This document shows, piece by piece, positions 40,471-54,084 of a stretch of DNA of 64,000 nt. The stretch spans positions 15,438,001 to 15,502,000 of the forward strand of contig NC_079171.1 in assembly GCF_947568905.1 (NCBI RefSeq). The letters run 5' to 3'. The translations under genes and the position numbers were made by a program. The stretch comes from Ostrea edulis. Its lineage: Eukaryota. The notes under the pieces are model-generated. The model was not told the DNA's origin. It saw only the letters and a list, made by a program, of their open reading frames with translations, and did not search any database. The stretch's first letter is position 1; every line of letters starts with the position of its first letter.

Positions 40471-40899
40471 TTTGATTTAGAAACCGTCCAAAGTGTCCCC
40501 GCCGGAGCCGAAGAAAGTGAAGCGCAATGAAAGTGTTTCCTTTGGATCGGGAAAAGAAATAAACATCACTGCCAGAATGTAACAGTGAATTTGCTACTTT
40601 AATGTGCATGTGTTTAAATGAATGATTGTGACATGGATTTATAACTGTGGTGCCTAAACGATTTCATATACAGTAAAATCGGATTATACACGAAACACTC
40701 ATTTCGTATAATTTACTGGAATATTTCACGCCTTGAATATTGTATTTGATAAATAATATTTTCTCCCACAACGAAGAGTGGCCTTTATTCCTAGTTTTTA
40801 CTGTCAGTCCAGTATTTCTCATAATATTGGCCTGCTCTTAATAATACTGGACTATGTTCAGTACAGTATGAAAAATAAAGTACTGCTAAGACAAAGAAC

Positions 40900-41586
40900 T
40901 GACGTCAAAACAATGTTTTAAGGTATGAACAAGGTACAGTGAATAAAAATTGGATAACAAATGCTGTAAAACAAAGTCTTATGGATCAATTTGTCTAGAC
41001 TTGGTCAAGTGGTGTTTTTTTTTGCTCTTCCAAGGGTACAATGTACAGAATTTTTAAAACAAGTTTTGGTCTGGAAACTTATCTTGAAAATCTACCTAAG
41101 AAACTCAGTATCATCTTTTTGAAATTTCGTACCACGAACCATCGCCTCCCAGTAGAGACTGACCGATGGGTTAGTATACAATATAACGAAAGATTATGTG
41201 TTTATGTAATGAAACAAAAATTGCAGATGAATACCATTTTGTATTAGAGTGCAGTGCTTTATCCAGTATAAGAAAAGAATACCTACACAGAAAATATTGT
41301 TCAAGACCAAATGTAATGAAATTTTATGAAATCATGTCAACGAATGTTAAAAACCTTAAAAACCAGTGCACGTTTATTTTAAAGATATACGAATTAGTCT
41401 GTTCTCTTAACACTACTAACTTTTGGCCAAATTTTTGTACATACATGTATTTATTTCAATTTGTTTAGTTGCATACCTATATACATTCCTCTGACGTTAC
41501 TTGTATTGATACATGAAATTTCTGTTTTGTACCTCATGTATCATTTCCATTGTGGTTTGAGTGAATAAATGATGAATGAATGAATT
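40900..41586 (+). mobile_element. LINE 3' fragment with (TGAA)n tail
   Basis: MYRIFK..LETYL..KFRTTNHRLPVET.RW..ERLC..CNE..DEYHFVLEC; AATAAA followed by TGAATGAATGAA. Confidence 0.8.
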
Positions 41587-42559
41587 CACCAGTCTCCGCC
41601 CTTAGTCCAAAACAAATCAAGATACACCGAAATATTCAATAACTTACTTGTATCATGACCAATTAGAAATATAATATTTGTCCTGTGACCAGTGGTTATA
41701 GCATGGTTTTTTAATTATCCCAATGAAAAGTAAAGTTTTTGCCTGGTGATCGCTTGGGTATTTTCCTCTTCCCGCCATACATGCTCATCGCGCACTTATC
41801 GTCCGATAGTTGGTGAAAGTGGAAATGCAGAGTGTGTCTGATCAGAGCACCCCAACTATAAACATTGGCGATTTACACGATTTTGGTGTACAGTTTTTAT
41901 TTAATGAGGATCAGGAGGATATTCGCATAAGCATGTGATGATCACACATTTCGTGAGTTTAAACCGGGATATGATATTTTTAATGGATATCGACACGGCT
42001 GCGGACCTAGATGTCGTGAATTCTGATTTGAACTTCACCTTGTGTTAAAACTGTCACTGCCAGGTGGTGTTTAATAATTTATTTACACAGCATAGCTTTA
42101 AATAATATGCAAATGATGGTTCCGCCCACTGGTGTATCTCCAGTTATTGTACACGTTTTATAAAAGGAAAAACACCACAGTCATGATACAACTTTAATTA
42201 GACTCGTTAATTGTATTCATTAAGATGATGTTTCTTTGACTCGCATCTCTTTTGATTCACATCTTTTAGCGATTCATGACACTTGGTGTGCGGACAGTGA
42301 CTTTCACAGAAAACGTGAATGACAGGAACATCACATTAAATAAATTGAATTATATCTATAATAAATACCAACTCCTAAAGCGTGTTGAAAGCCCCAGTTC
42401 AAGTAACACAAAGCAAATATTAAATTAAATTATGTCCCCCGTTACTCTCCTCTTTTATTTGATCTTTAATTAACATGTCAATTGATAGCTCTGATCACTG
42501 ATCATTGATGTATGATGCGCGTATATTCCCTCACATATACTACTTGTACAGCTAATTTA

Positions 42560-42696
42560 GAATATTGGATATTTACAAACAAAACCCAATGTCGTCTCTT
42601 TCAAGTTCACCAAAAAGTGTTCTTTATCAACATTTAATAGATAACTTTTGTTTACAATCATATCTCAAAAGACCAATCAACTTAAAAGAGAAAAAA
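42560..42696 (+). mobile_element. LINE fragment, left part (continues at 50421)
   Basis: SPKSVLYQHLIDNFCLQSYLKRPINLKEK joins in frame to FIIKFRTSS at 50421. Confidence 0.75.
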
Positions 42697-43963
42697 GAAC
42701 CAGAGCCACGAATAGCCAAAAATGGCCCTTGGTCAAAACTTGATATTATTTTCAGGGACAAAAGCCAAGAATACCTATTTTTTTAAATATGCTATTTCTT
42801 CCCGATATCTTTTCTAGGTTTTTAGTTATTGACGTTCAAAGTACCTATTGTTTTTGGCCAGATTTTTATTGACGTCACAATTTTGCAACGTTTCATGTAC
42901 TTTTATGTTCAAGTTCCCTAGGTAAGCGAAACAAAAACACTATTCAGTGCAATTTTATTCTAATACTGTACATATATAAAATTTTCTATGTTATTTTCCT
43001 TCAAAACACACGCACATGGTATACTCGAACATCTCTCTCTGTTTGTCTCCCTTCCTCTTTTTATTTATATACAATCATTCAACAGTTTTTAAGTAATATT
43101 AATTCAGTACCTCTATACTTAGCTTTGTTACATGTACTTAAGTATGCCATACTGGTTAATCCAATCCTAATATCGCACAGAGCGATAGTTTTTATGGTGG
43201 TGAGGGGGGTGTTTCTAAAACTCCTGCTCACAGGATGTACACGAAAACACGATGGATCCAACAGTTTACTTACGGATGAGATCTATTGGTCCATTACTGT
43301 ACGTTTCAATATAACATATCTTTATCTGACGTTTTTCACTTTTATTTTTGCACATCAATAGTTATTGATGTATATGCTTTTGTGTTTGAAAAGCTATTAG
43401 GACACTATACATTGGAAGGGAAGGGGGTAGAGGGGGGGACTGTTACAAAAGTCACAGCTAGTACCAAGTACATATAGAAAGAAATGAATAACACATGAAC
43501 ATTTAGTTCGATCATAGAAAAATAATAATTTATTTTACATAAAGCTAAGGAAAACGTACACGTAATCTCATCATCAGATAATACTTGTTCTACATGAATT
43601 TATTATTTCCGGAAATATAGATCATTCTGTGTGTATACCAAAATACCTAATTATCAATAAATGAATAATATTTATCAAATGAATTCACTCATAAGAAATA
43701 TGATATAGCACCTAATTTTTACATATTGTGAAGAAATGCACGTTTTATCTATAACAAAAAAATGACATGTCGGTGGTTGGATTAAAAAAAAAACAAGTTG
43801 CCAGGTTCTAACATTTGAGGCGCTGTAAAAATACTGAAAAATGAGGGTTTACAAATACATGTAACATATCATATAAAGAGTAAATGTTCTAATAGGAGTT
43901 GACTTATATGTCTAACACATTTTAGTACCCTCCTACCATATGAAACGCTGTTATTAAGAACTT

Positions 43964-44686
43964 TCATTCTTCTACTTCACTGTCATCAGTGTCAGGGACA
44001 TCAATGATAGCAGCATCTTTAACAAAATCACCCCAGTTTTGAACACCTGAAGAGCTCCCGCCATTGTGCCTTGCAAATCCTAAGTACCACACAACAGACG
44101 CTATGTGTGAGCATACCCCAACCACACGTGCCCCTGCACTACATTTACAGTACCATGCACTAACGGTGGATTCTGAATATTGGATCCAAAGAAGATATTT
44201 CTTTGAGGTAACATGCCTTCTTTGCAGCTTCACTCTAATTAATCCAGGATGTTCTTTATGGACCAAAATATCAGCATCACCTTCAATGTACTCTTGCATA
44301 TAACTTGGACACAGTCTTACTTGATACACGTCACATGTTAGATTTCTTAACTCTTCCTCGTCAAGTTTGGGGAAATTCAAGGAATCTGGAGCGACTTCCC
44401 AGTTGGACGACCTTCGGTCCAGCGCGTTTTCTTCCACAAATGTCTGGAGACTGTTGACTCTCTTCGCCAGGTATTGCATTTTGGTTGCAAGAGCCTCATC
44501 ATCATCTGCATTTCCTGTCGAAAGCGGTGCTAAATACTCATTGGAAATTGCGCACACAATGCGCACGTAGTCTCCTATGAAAGGCACTTGGTTTGTTGGA
44601 AGTGTATGTCCAAGGTATTTCCACCGCTTTATCCTGGAATTGGCAGCCTCAACAACCCAGCGAATCTATAAATAAATATTGAAATT

Positions 44687-44739
<53 letters not shown>

Positions 44740-46520
44740 CTCATTTGTATATCACTGTTTATTGTCTAAACATGCAAAATGACGTTTCTTTTTAAGTATT
44801 CTTTACCAGAATGAAAAGATTCAAATTTACCCTGCCTCTATCCAAATGACCACCTCTTAACCAAAGTTCGATTATGCATAATAATCGGTATATCCAAGTA
44901 TATTATGTTATACTATTATATAATTATCATCCAGAAATTTTAAATTTTCAAAAGCTATGTGATCACCTTTAACAATATATCTTTGTTCTATGTTCTTATT
45001 TTTCAACATCTAAAATAGTAATCATGTCACAAACCTAGCTTGTAACTTTTTTTTGGAAAGATTTTTGTAAATATTTTTAAAATGAATATTAATGTCAATA
45101 TTGTTATTTTCATGAATCAATGTTGATAAAATGTTGCGAACAGAAGCCTGTTCCTATACTACTGACCAACATACCTTTGTTACTAAGCGACTAGCATTGG
45201 CTTCAAGGGCAGGCATCTGTTTTTCCCCTTTGGCAAGTAGATGGGGCATGAAAGCTTTAATTCCAAAGTCCTCCAGAACAGTTAGAGCATCCCTAAATCC
45301 CCTATCGACTACAAAAATGTCATCTTCCTGAAACCAGTTTTTGATATCTTCTATGTTGGAGCGAAGCATGTGATTGAAGATGGCAGCATCATTGTTGCGG
45401 TAATCTGCCAGGTAGGGACCCACCACAGTTAAGAAGTATCCATCGGTGGAAACAACTACCATGGGCTTCACCAATGGACGACCTTTATGAAGACTGTAGG
45501 TACGTCTATGGAAATGGAAGTTATTGCTTTTCTGAATGAAAATGTAGGTTCCATCCAGAACTGCAATAGCTTGGTTTTGTGCAGCATTTCCGAAGAGAGA
45601 CTGGGCCAGTGGTCTAGTATGGTTTTCTATTACTTCCTGTCGAGATATATGTTGTAGTCCTATGTTCTGGGGAACAAAGTTCTTCATCAGAGCAGATATG
45701 ACAGTAGAAACAGCTCTCCGTATAGATGACTTCGAAATTCCAAATATTGTTGATATCAACTGGTTGGACATTCCTGATCTCATTTTAAGAAGAAAAATTC
45801 CAAGATACATTGTTGATGTTCTGGTTGGTGTGTTTCTGATTTCAGGTTATATTTCTTTGTGAAGGTCTGGAACACTGTCTTTAGAGAGTCCAGTAAGTGT
45901 GATGTAATCCAGGTTAATGAGATTTGTAGGATCAAATGTGAACCTTAATGACGAATTCTGAAGTGCATATGTCCTAACTTTTCTTATTAGATCTAGTATG
46001 GTGCTTCTATTCAGATATGATGTGTCCATTGTCTCTAGATTGTCCAGTGCTCCTGGGATGAAGTCATCATTTTTAATATGTGATGGACAACACCTACTAC
46101 CAAGGGGAATAATCACTTCCTTGTGAATAAATCCAGAGAGCCTTGCTGTAATACCGGTACAACAATAAGTTTTGGTCCAGGTCGTTTGCAAATGAAACAG
46201 TAGGCGTGTGAAAAGGGAGTCCTTAGAAGCAATAGGGTAACAGATGGTGGACTCAAACATGTTCAATTGCCAGGTGGACCAGTTACAGGTTTTGGAAGAC
46301 TGATAGACTTTTCTTTGTCCTTGTAGTAGTGGTGTCTGCATTTATTGCACAGAATATCATGTGATTTGGTATCCACCATGAATGTCTTTCTCAGGAATTT
46401 CACTTTCACATTTCTTTCTGTCCTTCGGTTTTGTCTTTTTTTTGCATAAAATGCATGGAAACCTTTTTCTGTCATCACACATCCCGTCCTTTCTACAAAC
46501 ACACAAATCAAATTAAGTAG
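43964..46520 (-). pseudogene. DDE_Tnp_4-type transposase with C-terminal SWIM finger, frameshifted in its N-terminal part
   Basis: LLKMRSGMSNQLISTIFGIS (HTH), VLDGTYIFIQKS, YSLHKGRPLVKP, NDAAI, VDRGFRD, LVTK|IRWVVEAANSRIK (intron 45174-44666), WYCKCSAGARVVGVCSHIASVVWYLG. Confidence 0.85.
44689..44736. repeat. (CT)n microsatellite
   Basis: Direct observation. Confidence 0.98.
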
Positions 46521-46809
46521 GACGTTTTGGTTTGATAATGAGGTCGTTTTTTACTTTGATTTGCTAAATGTATATCGTAGAAATATTCCACGTACATTGT
46601 AAAAGGCACAGTACCAGATTCAGGGGAGAAGTGTCCCTTTTTTTAACAAGCACCATTTTCTGTTTCTTCAAATAAAGATATTCTTTCAGATAAAGCTATA
46701 TTTGGTGACCCCCCCTTTCTTTAACAAGCATGTATAAGGTCAAATCAATGTAACAATGGGTGCGCCTTTCAATAAATCAAAGTATGTTATTTATATAGTA
46801 TATGAAATA

Positions 46810-48628
46810 TTAATTTACAAGAGACAATAAGTCATTACATTGATCACGGAAGTTCTGTATATGTTGCATTTTTAGATAGTAAGAAAGCTTATGACACAGT
46901 CTGGAGAAAAGCTCTCATGGTAAAGCTTTATAAATTGGGGTTAAATGGTAAGATATGGAAAATAATAGATGACTGTCATATCGGTAATGAAAGTACAGTG
47001 GCTGTAAATGGTACCATGTCTCAATGGTTTGAAATTAAGCAAGGTGTTCGACAAGGCGGTGTATTGTCTGGATTTTTATATTGTGTTTTCATTAATGATC
47101 TATTAAATTGCTTAGAAAGTGTAAGCAGTAATTTCGGTGTGTACAATGTAAAGTCAACAAACCCGACATTAGCTGACGACATTGCATGCTTAAGTTCAAG
47201 TCCAACTAGCTTACAAAAAATGTTAAACGTTGCATTTAAGTATTCATGTTTATGGCGCTTTTCTTTTAACGCTCAAAAGTCTAGCGTAGTTATATTTGGT
47301 AAGGGTAGACCCCCAACACAGCAAACTTGGAAATTAGGTGATGATGAAATCTTGATCAATGATAGTTACAAACATTTGGGTATTATTCAACATTCTCGAT
47401 TCAAAACCATTGACCGGACAACGGACAGTTGTAACAAAGGCAGGAAGGCTTACTTTGCAATACGGAATGATTTGTCCCACAACACAAACCCTTTAACTCT
47501 TGTTAAACTCTACCGGAAAATAGTATTACCTACCGTATTGTATGGATGTGAACTGTGGAACAATCTAAAGCAAACAGATTTCCAAATTTTAAACAAATTT
47601 CAACATTTTGTGACAAAGGATATTCAAGGCATGAAAATTTCAACAAAATCGGATATGTGTGAGAGCATGATTGGATTACATCCCATCATTTCGGAAATAG
47701 ACAAAAGAAAATTAGTATTTTTTGGAAAGCTGTGTAAACTTGACACTAACTCTCTGTCAAAGAACATTTTCTTATTTAGATTATATGACCTTTTGCAGGG
47801 TGACATCAAACAATTTTCTGGATTTCTAAAAGATATATACGAAATTTTAATCAAATACAACTTACTACAATATTTAAGATCATTTGTTGAAGTTGGTCAA
47901 TTCCCTGGGAAAAAAGATTGGAAATATATAGTTAAACAGTCGATTCATCACCAACATACGGAGGAATGGAGAAATCGCATGGAAGCCGATCCAGACTTCC
48001 GAATATTTAAAATTTTCCACAACATAATCTCTCCTATTAAACTCTGGAAATTTAACTTTTCATTTGATGAAGTTCCACTCATTAGATTCCTAGCTAAACT
48101 CTGGACCATTCCACCCATTTATTTAGGCCAAACCTGCAGAGTGTGTCAGGAGACGTACGACAGCCAGTATCAACATGCTGTGTTGGGGTGTCCATCCACA
48201 ACTTGCATAAGAGATTCTTTCTTTGACAATCTAATCAATAATTTCGATGTCCATTTATAGGTAGAGCTTTCGCAGCTCAGTGAAGATATTTTATATTTTA
48301 TATTACTTGGAGGAGTAGAACCCACAATATTATTAGAGAAAGAGAGCAAAAAAGAATTTATTTGTCTTTGTGCAAAATTTGTGTGTGGAGCCACCGCGTG
48401 CTATAATAGAGCCTTGTCGCAAAATTTAGAGTGCAACTAAAAGTATAATTATGTAAACATTTATCCATGTACATACGTTTTCTTTGTTATAATTTTCTAT
48501 CTCTGGTCTTTTTATATATATATATATATATTATCATTTTGATTTTCTTTATGTATTCTAAATATATGTAAATGTTACAACATGAAATCTCCGCAAGGGG
48601 GAAATAAAGATTGAATGAATGAATGAAA
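46810..48628 (+). mobile_element. 5'-truncated LINE (RT + C-terminal Cys motif), nested in the PHIS element
   Basis: VYVAFLDSKKAYDTVWR, GVRQGGVLSG, TLADDIAC, YKHLGI, LYGCELW, CRVCQ..HAVLGC; open to 48260, one TAG, then continues to about 48440; AATAAA + (TGAA)n tail. Confidence 0.92.
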
Positions 48629-49911
48629 GGCATATAATCAGCTAGATTGAAATGTTATTGCTATTTTTTCTCTCTATGTGTTACAGTTTTTGTTATTCAA
48701 TAGGATAATCGTGTTGTAAGAACTGTATATGAACTTAATCTTACACATTTCATATTAATTAGAATTTTGAAAAATCTACCTCGTAATTCATAAATCGACC
48801 CACAAAAAATATATATAAAATAACACTAAAAGTAGTATTTGTACTGAATCTCGAGCGAAATCTACATATATTCTGAAAATTTCTTAATGATAACATTAAT
48901 AATCAAACTTTAGTGAAGTTCTTAAAATGTAAAAATTGTAATGATACACGTATAGTGAAAATTAGCAGTGCGGAAATTACTTTTGACCCTTGCGTGTAAT
49001 TCTAATTCAAAAATATATATATTTGTATTTTATAACTTCTAATTTTATTTACAAGGCCTATATTTTGCTACTATTTTCCGTATTCATTTAGTTGACTAAT
49101 TATGATTTGTGAATCTCCATAAATTGAGCTCATTTGGTTGAATAACACCATGGACCGGAACAGCTGTGTGTCGAAATATATGGGTACCTGATGACCTACA
49201 TCACCGGTTGACATGTAAACAATATTGAATTATGTCAGACGCCTATGCGACCTAATTTACATTATGTATCCACATATATGAAGGACAACTTAAGATTCAT
49301 CAACACTTTAATCACTGAACAACACAAGAGATTTACTTTTATATCGCTTTGATCTAGGTCTACAAGTAGGGCTATAGGCCCTGACATTGTATAGGTATCG
49401 GTCGAGTGGTGGGGAATTCCCATAGCGTTTAAAATCGTGACCATCGAAGTTAAGAAAACTTATCCTAATGAACAGATATCATTTAGGTTATGTGGTATCA
49501 GATATTATCTTAAATCAAATGCTCATTAGATAATTTGCAATATCTAATAGCGTAGGTCTAGAAAGAACATGTTTTGGTTTGCTGCATATGCTGGCGCAGA
49601 CGATAGGTGGATCTCGATCGTATCTGGAGTGGATCAGAGAACTTTCTTATGTTTACTTTGATTAGATAATTAATACTACTTACCTTGTGCAGCTTTTTCA
49701 CTTCAGTTCTAATATGGTTACATATCATCAGGTACCTTCAATTAATCCAATATACGTAATATAATTGAGATATTGATATATCGATGAATGTACATGTACG
49801 TACGTAACCCGATCCCGACGATGGCGCGGATCCGAATTTATTTTAATTATTATTTGAAATAATCATATTGTGTAAATTTTGGATAATGACTTATATTGTA
49901 AAAGGGACTAG

Positions 49912-49914
<3 letters not shown>

Positions 49915-49967
<53 letters not shown>
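49915..49967. repeat. (TA)n microsatellite
   Basis: Direct observation. Confidence 0.98.
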
Positions 49968-49971
<4 letters not shown>

Positions 49972-50420
49972 TGAATTTTACGTTTTGTGTTAACCCTATA
50001 GCTTAAGATCGAAATGCTCAGATTTCGTGCATGGAATGTAAAATTCCGGTTATTTGTAGAACATAAAAAGTAATAATTCACATACCCCCCTAGCCTCGAT
50101 CCAAAAAATCTCTTTACTTCAATGCGGTATGTAATATAATAGTTTACAATTGATTAATATTTTCTGGATCGAGGCCCGGGGGTTATTTTAATTTTTGGTG
50201 CATATTGTTGAGAATTGTCATTTTTTGCAAAAATAACACAACTGTTATGGGTTCTGCATGTTATAATTTCTATACGCATGAATTTTCGCGAAAAAAACCA
50301 CACTGGGATTATAAAGACGAAGGTCTAAGCTATTCCATACCATGATAGAAATTTGGAATGAACAAACTTTATTTCACTCAAAATTACAGGGCCATATTTG
50401 GGTATTCGTGGCTCTTGTTC

Positions 50421-50968
50421 TTTATCATTAAATTCAGAACGTCTTCATATTCTTTGAATATTGATAAAGGCATGCAGGCATAATAATGTTTTAAGGACTG
50501 TGAGGCTTTGTAAATTACGTGATTATAATGATATAGAAGATGAGTTTCATTTTATCCTGAAATGTCCATTTTACAAAGATTTGAGAAAGAAATATATTAA
50601 GAGTTTTTATTACACAAAACCAAGTGTCTTTAAATTAATTAAGCGCCTTAATGTAGACAATACTAAAGAACTCAATAACTTGGGAAAATTCTTAGTTCAA
50701 GCTGTGAAAATACGAAGTTTAGCATTGTAAATCAATAATGTAATTATAGAATTTTTCTAATAACATGTGCATCTCAGAATGTGATTACATATATATTATT
50801 TTTATTTGTAATTTCTTCTCCTCCTATCTTCTCCTATCTTCCTCTGTCCACTCATCTGTTATTTATCTTATACAATTAGATATATTGTGTATACAAATGT
50901 ACATGTACTAGATGTATTCCGATGAGTTGTATAACTTAAGGACAATAAAGAATTGAATTGAAATTGAA
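50421..50968 (+). mobile_element. LINE fragment, right part with (ATTGA)n-like tail
   Basis: KFRTSSYSLNIDKG, RLCKL..DIEDEFHFILKCPFYKDLRKKYI..KPSVFKLI; AATAAAGAATTGAATTGAAATTGAA. Confidence 0.8.
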
Positions 50969-51939
50969 ACTAACAACAGACAATTAATAAGATTTATTTA
51001 CAATTGATAATTGAAGGAAAATTGTTACAATAGCAAAATATTAACTTACGGTAGTTGAACAATAAATCCAAACACACAAAAATAATCCAAAATCGTAGTT
51101 CCTAGTATAATCAAATCCAAATGAATAGAAAAGTGTCTAGCCAGAGGTTTTTTTATCCTAAGAATTTCAGTGTACATGTATATGTAATGGGAATGAATTT
51201 ACTAGTACAATCTTAAAAGACCATGATGCAACCATTACGAAATCTTTCTACTAAAAATGGCTTGTATCTAGAACAATCTTGGTCACAGGTGTCAATAAAA
51301 TAAACATAACTTTCTCGAACATTCCAGGTCAACCCAGTGCAAATAGTAAATAGCACAAAACAATTACGATTTCTGGGTGTGTCGCTGTGTGAACGAAATT
51401 CGAAAACAAAATGTTTTTTATGTTATCGTAATGAAGTGTTGTTAGTTATGGGGCATAAAGGAGACTTCAATCAGGAGAGAGATAGAGAGAGATCGAATGC
51501 CGATTTATATCACTCTATTAGCATAGTTTTCTGTTGGTTGCCCAGGCCACCCAAGCATTTATAATCTCTTTAAAAACCAATGAAACCACTGTGAGACTAC
51601 ACAAATTCAAATCCACGCGGATCGGGAGTGCTTGGAGTTGCCATGAGGAATAATAAAGACTCGGAAAACTTTGTCTTTCATATTAATTTATTTATCTGAA
51701 CACATAACACGATAAACATGTAAAATCATTGTCGGTGAGTTTCTACTCACTGACACTCTTTTCGTTGAAATGGGGTACTACTAAACAGAGTACGCTAGAG
51801 CACGTGAGAGTACTATAGAGTACGCTGGTAAAATTTTCTAAATGTAATGAAATTTAAGTGTTTATTTGTATGTATACCGCTTAAATAAACATGATTATAA
51901 AATAATTTTGCAATATTTTTCAAAAGCACTTGTTTTTAA

Positions 51940-52290
51940 GGAGGTATGCTACACCAGAGAAATTTGATGTAGATGAAAAATGGAGGATATGTACAACAAG
52001 ATTTTGAAGTTGAAAATTTTCAAATTTACTTAATTTTGTCAAAAAAATACAGTTTTAGTAGAAGGTAATCTGAAAAAAATTTAAAACCCCTGCTGGACTC
52101 GAACCTGCAACCTACAGTTCAGCAGTCGGTATTTTTTCCTCTCTCTTTTATTTCAGTCGGTATTCTAACCTACTGAGCTACTCGGCTAGTTATTTAAATG
52201 GAAAAGGAAAAGTCAAATATTGCTGATATCGATTTTTTCATCCATGTTTTTAAAGGAAGTCAGGCATTATAACGATGTAGAGTAATACCT
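51940..52290 (+). mobile_element. Kolobok-type MITE containing a tRNA-like segment
   Basis: TTAA|GGAGGTATGCTACACC start, degenerate GATGTAGAGTA end; A-box/B-box-like segment on the minus strand at 52087-52187. Confidence 0.65.
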
Positions 52291-52827
52291 AATACCTTAT
52301 GACCAGAAAACATTAAATTTATTGAAGATTTACCGCATCCCGGTCCCGATTATTAGCGATGTGACGAATTACATCAGTAATCAATTCCATAATAGATTCC
52401 ATCTATGATTGATAGTTACTCGGAATTCATGATCTTTAATTGCCTTTTTCTTCTTCTCCTATTGTTTTTGGTTTTTTTGGGGGGTGTCTTTTTTTTTTAA
52501 CCCCCCCTTTAAAAAAATCATCTTTTCATCTTATGTTTTGTTTCCTCGTTGTCTTTTAAAGTTTTTGTAATTTGATTTGGTAAATCTGGAAAAGAAAGTA
52601 AAATACTTTCGTTTTCAAGAATGCTTCAAAAGGTTAGGTGTCCTTGTGAAGATTCTCAATTTGATATGAGTGGGTCTTTAGATAGGATAAAAACTCTACA
52701 AAACCCTTACATATAAAATTTATTTTATTCTTGCCAATATTGAATATCAGAATTTAACTATAATCTACTTAATGGTACTTTGAACAATACTGTACATGAA
52801 CGTAAATGGAAAAAAGATGTTTCCATC

Positions 52828-53045
52828 ATGAAAGGTAAAGATAACGAACAGTGATCAATCTCATAACTCCTACAAGCAATACAAAATAGATAGTTGGGCA
52901 AACACGGACCCCTGGACACATCAGAGGTAGGATCAGGTGCTTAGGAGGAGTAAGCATCCTCTGTCGACCGGTCACACCTGCCATGAGCCCTATATCCTGA
53001 TCAGGTAAACGGAGTTATCCGAAGTCAAAATCAGTGTGCCAAGAA
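52828..53045 (-). mobile_element. Penelope-like 3' UTR fragment
   Basis: GAAAGGT.AAGATAACGAACAG...GAGCCCTATATCCTGATCAGGTAAACGGAGTTATCCG.AGTCAAAATCAGTGTGCCAAGAA shared with 8980-9110. Confidence 0.7.
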
Positions 53046-53330
53046 TGTGACGCATGCAATGTAGATGAAGACATAAAACATCTTTTGTATCAATGCATAT
53101 TTGGGAGAAAATTAGCTCCTTCTTGAAGTTTTATATTACATGGAAAACTATTGTACTGGGGTATTAAAATGAAATCAGCGAAAAAAAAAGAACAATCTTT
53201 CTGAATAATCTTATATCCTTTGTAAGTTTCTCTATCTATAAATATAAAATGAAAAGTAAATTACAGAATGAGAAAATGATGGAGCAAGATATCCTACAGA
53301 AGTTTAAAATTGAACTTTAGTAATATGTAA
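53045..53330 (+). pseudogene. L1/Tx1 ORF2 C-terminal relic
   Basis: CDACNVDEDIKHLLYQC..WEKI..ITWKTIVLG..NNLISFVSFSIYKYK. Confidence 0.6.
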
Positions 53331-54084
53331 CGTAATTATGCCTTGTTTTTGTTTACGTATGTTAAATATACTAGTAAAAGTTCGTTTAAAGTGGAATTTT
53401 CAATTTACAAGTTAATTCTGAACACAATCAAATAGTTTTTAGTGTTTAGCACAAATCATTTTGTTTTACACGTGCTATTTTCTATTATTAAATTGCAAAC
53501 AAAAACATGACACGAGCCTTGTTTACATAACGAAGAATTGTGAATGCTGTATCTCACTTGTAACCCAATCGTTGATATCTTAATTTTGGTTGACCATCAG
53601 AAATACTTTAGTTAAGTATTATAAACAATAAAAATGGAAAAATAAATTTTTCAGCTCAATCGTGTCCACACCTTTTAAATCCAAATACCAATGATTTATT
53701 TTCAAGGAATTCACTGTTCAGTTGACAATAAAAATACGTTTACTTAGAAAATAAGATAAAGGCGTAATCTTGGAAATTTAGATGTAATGCGCTAGTTTTA
53801 AATAATGTACATATATATGTAGCTAAATTTGACCGGGATCAAGCGGTAAACTATAACTAAAGATAATTCCTAAAATGATGAAAACAAACACAATATATTC
53901 CAGATATACATTTATTAGGTTAAACTAAAGTAAGAACATCTACGAACAGCAGTTAAATTGCATTAAATTATGAAATTTTACTAGCGTACTCTAAAGTACT
54001 CTATCGTACTCTGTTTAGTAGGACCGGGTGAAATATCCATTCGTCGAACTTTTACGCGTCGGTGAATTTTGTTGTTGTTGTCTT

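Larger units (their letters stand above)
42697..50420. mobile_element. PHIS-group (ISL2EU/Spy-like) DNA transposon, no TSD, inserted at AAA^TTT
   Basis: 33-bp TIR GAAC(C/A)AGAGCCACGAATA(G/C)CCAAA(A/T)ATGGCCCT with 3 mismatches; flanks AAA and TTT; removing the element restores the LINE reading frame. Confidence 0.82.
51774..54025. mobile_element. Non-autonomous TIR element carrying nested repeats
   Basis: GGT(A/C)CTACTAAACAGAGTACG.TAGAG..TAGAGTACGCT.GTAAAATTT mirrored at both ends. Confidence 0.65.

Noticed and set aside
52087-52187. Functional tRNA gene
   Set aside because: Interrupted by a duplication, poor anticodon-stem pairing and embedded in a MITE.
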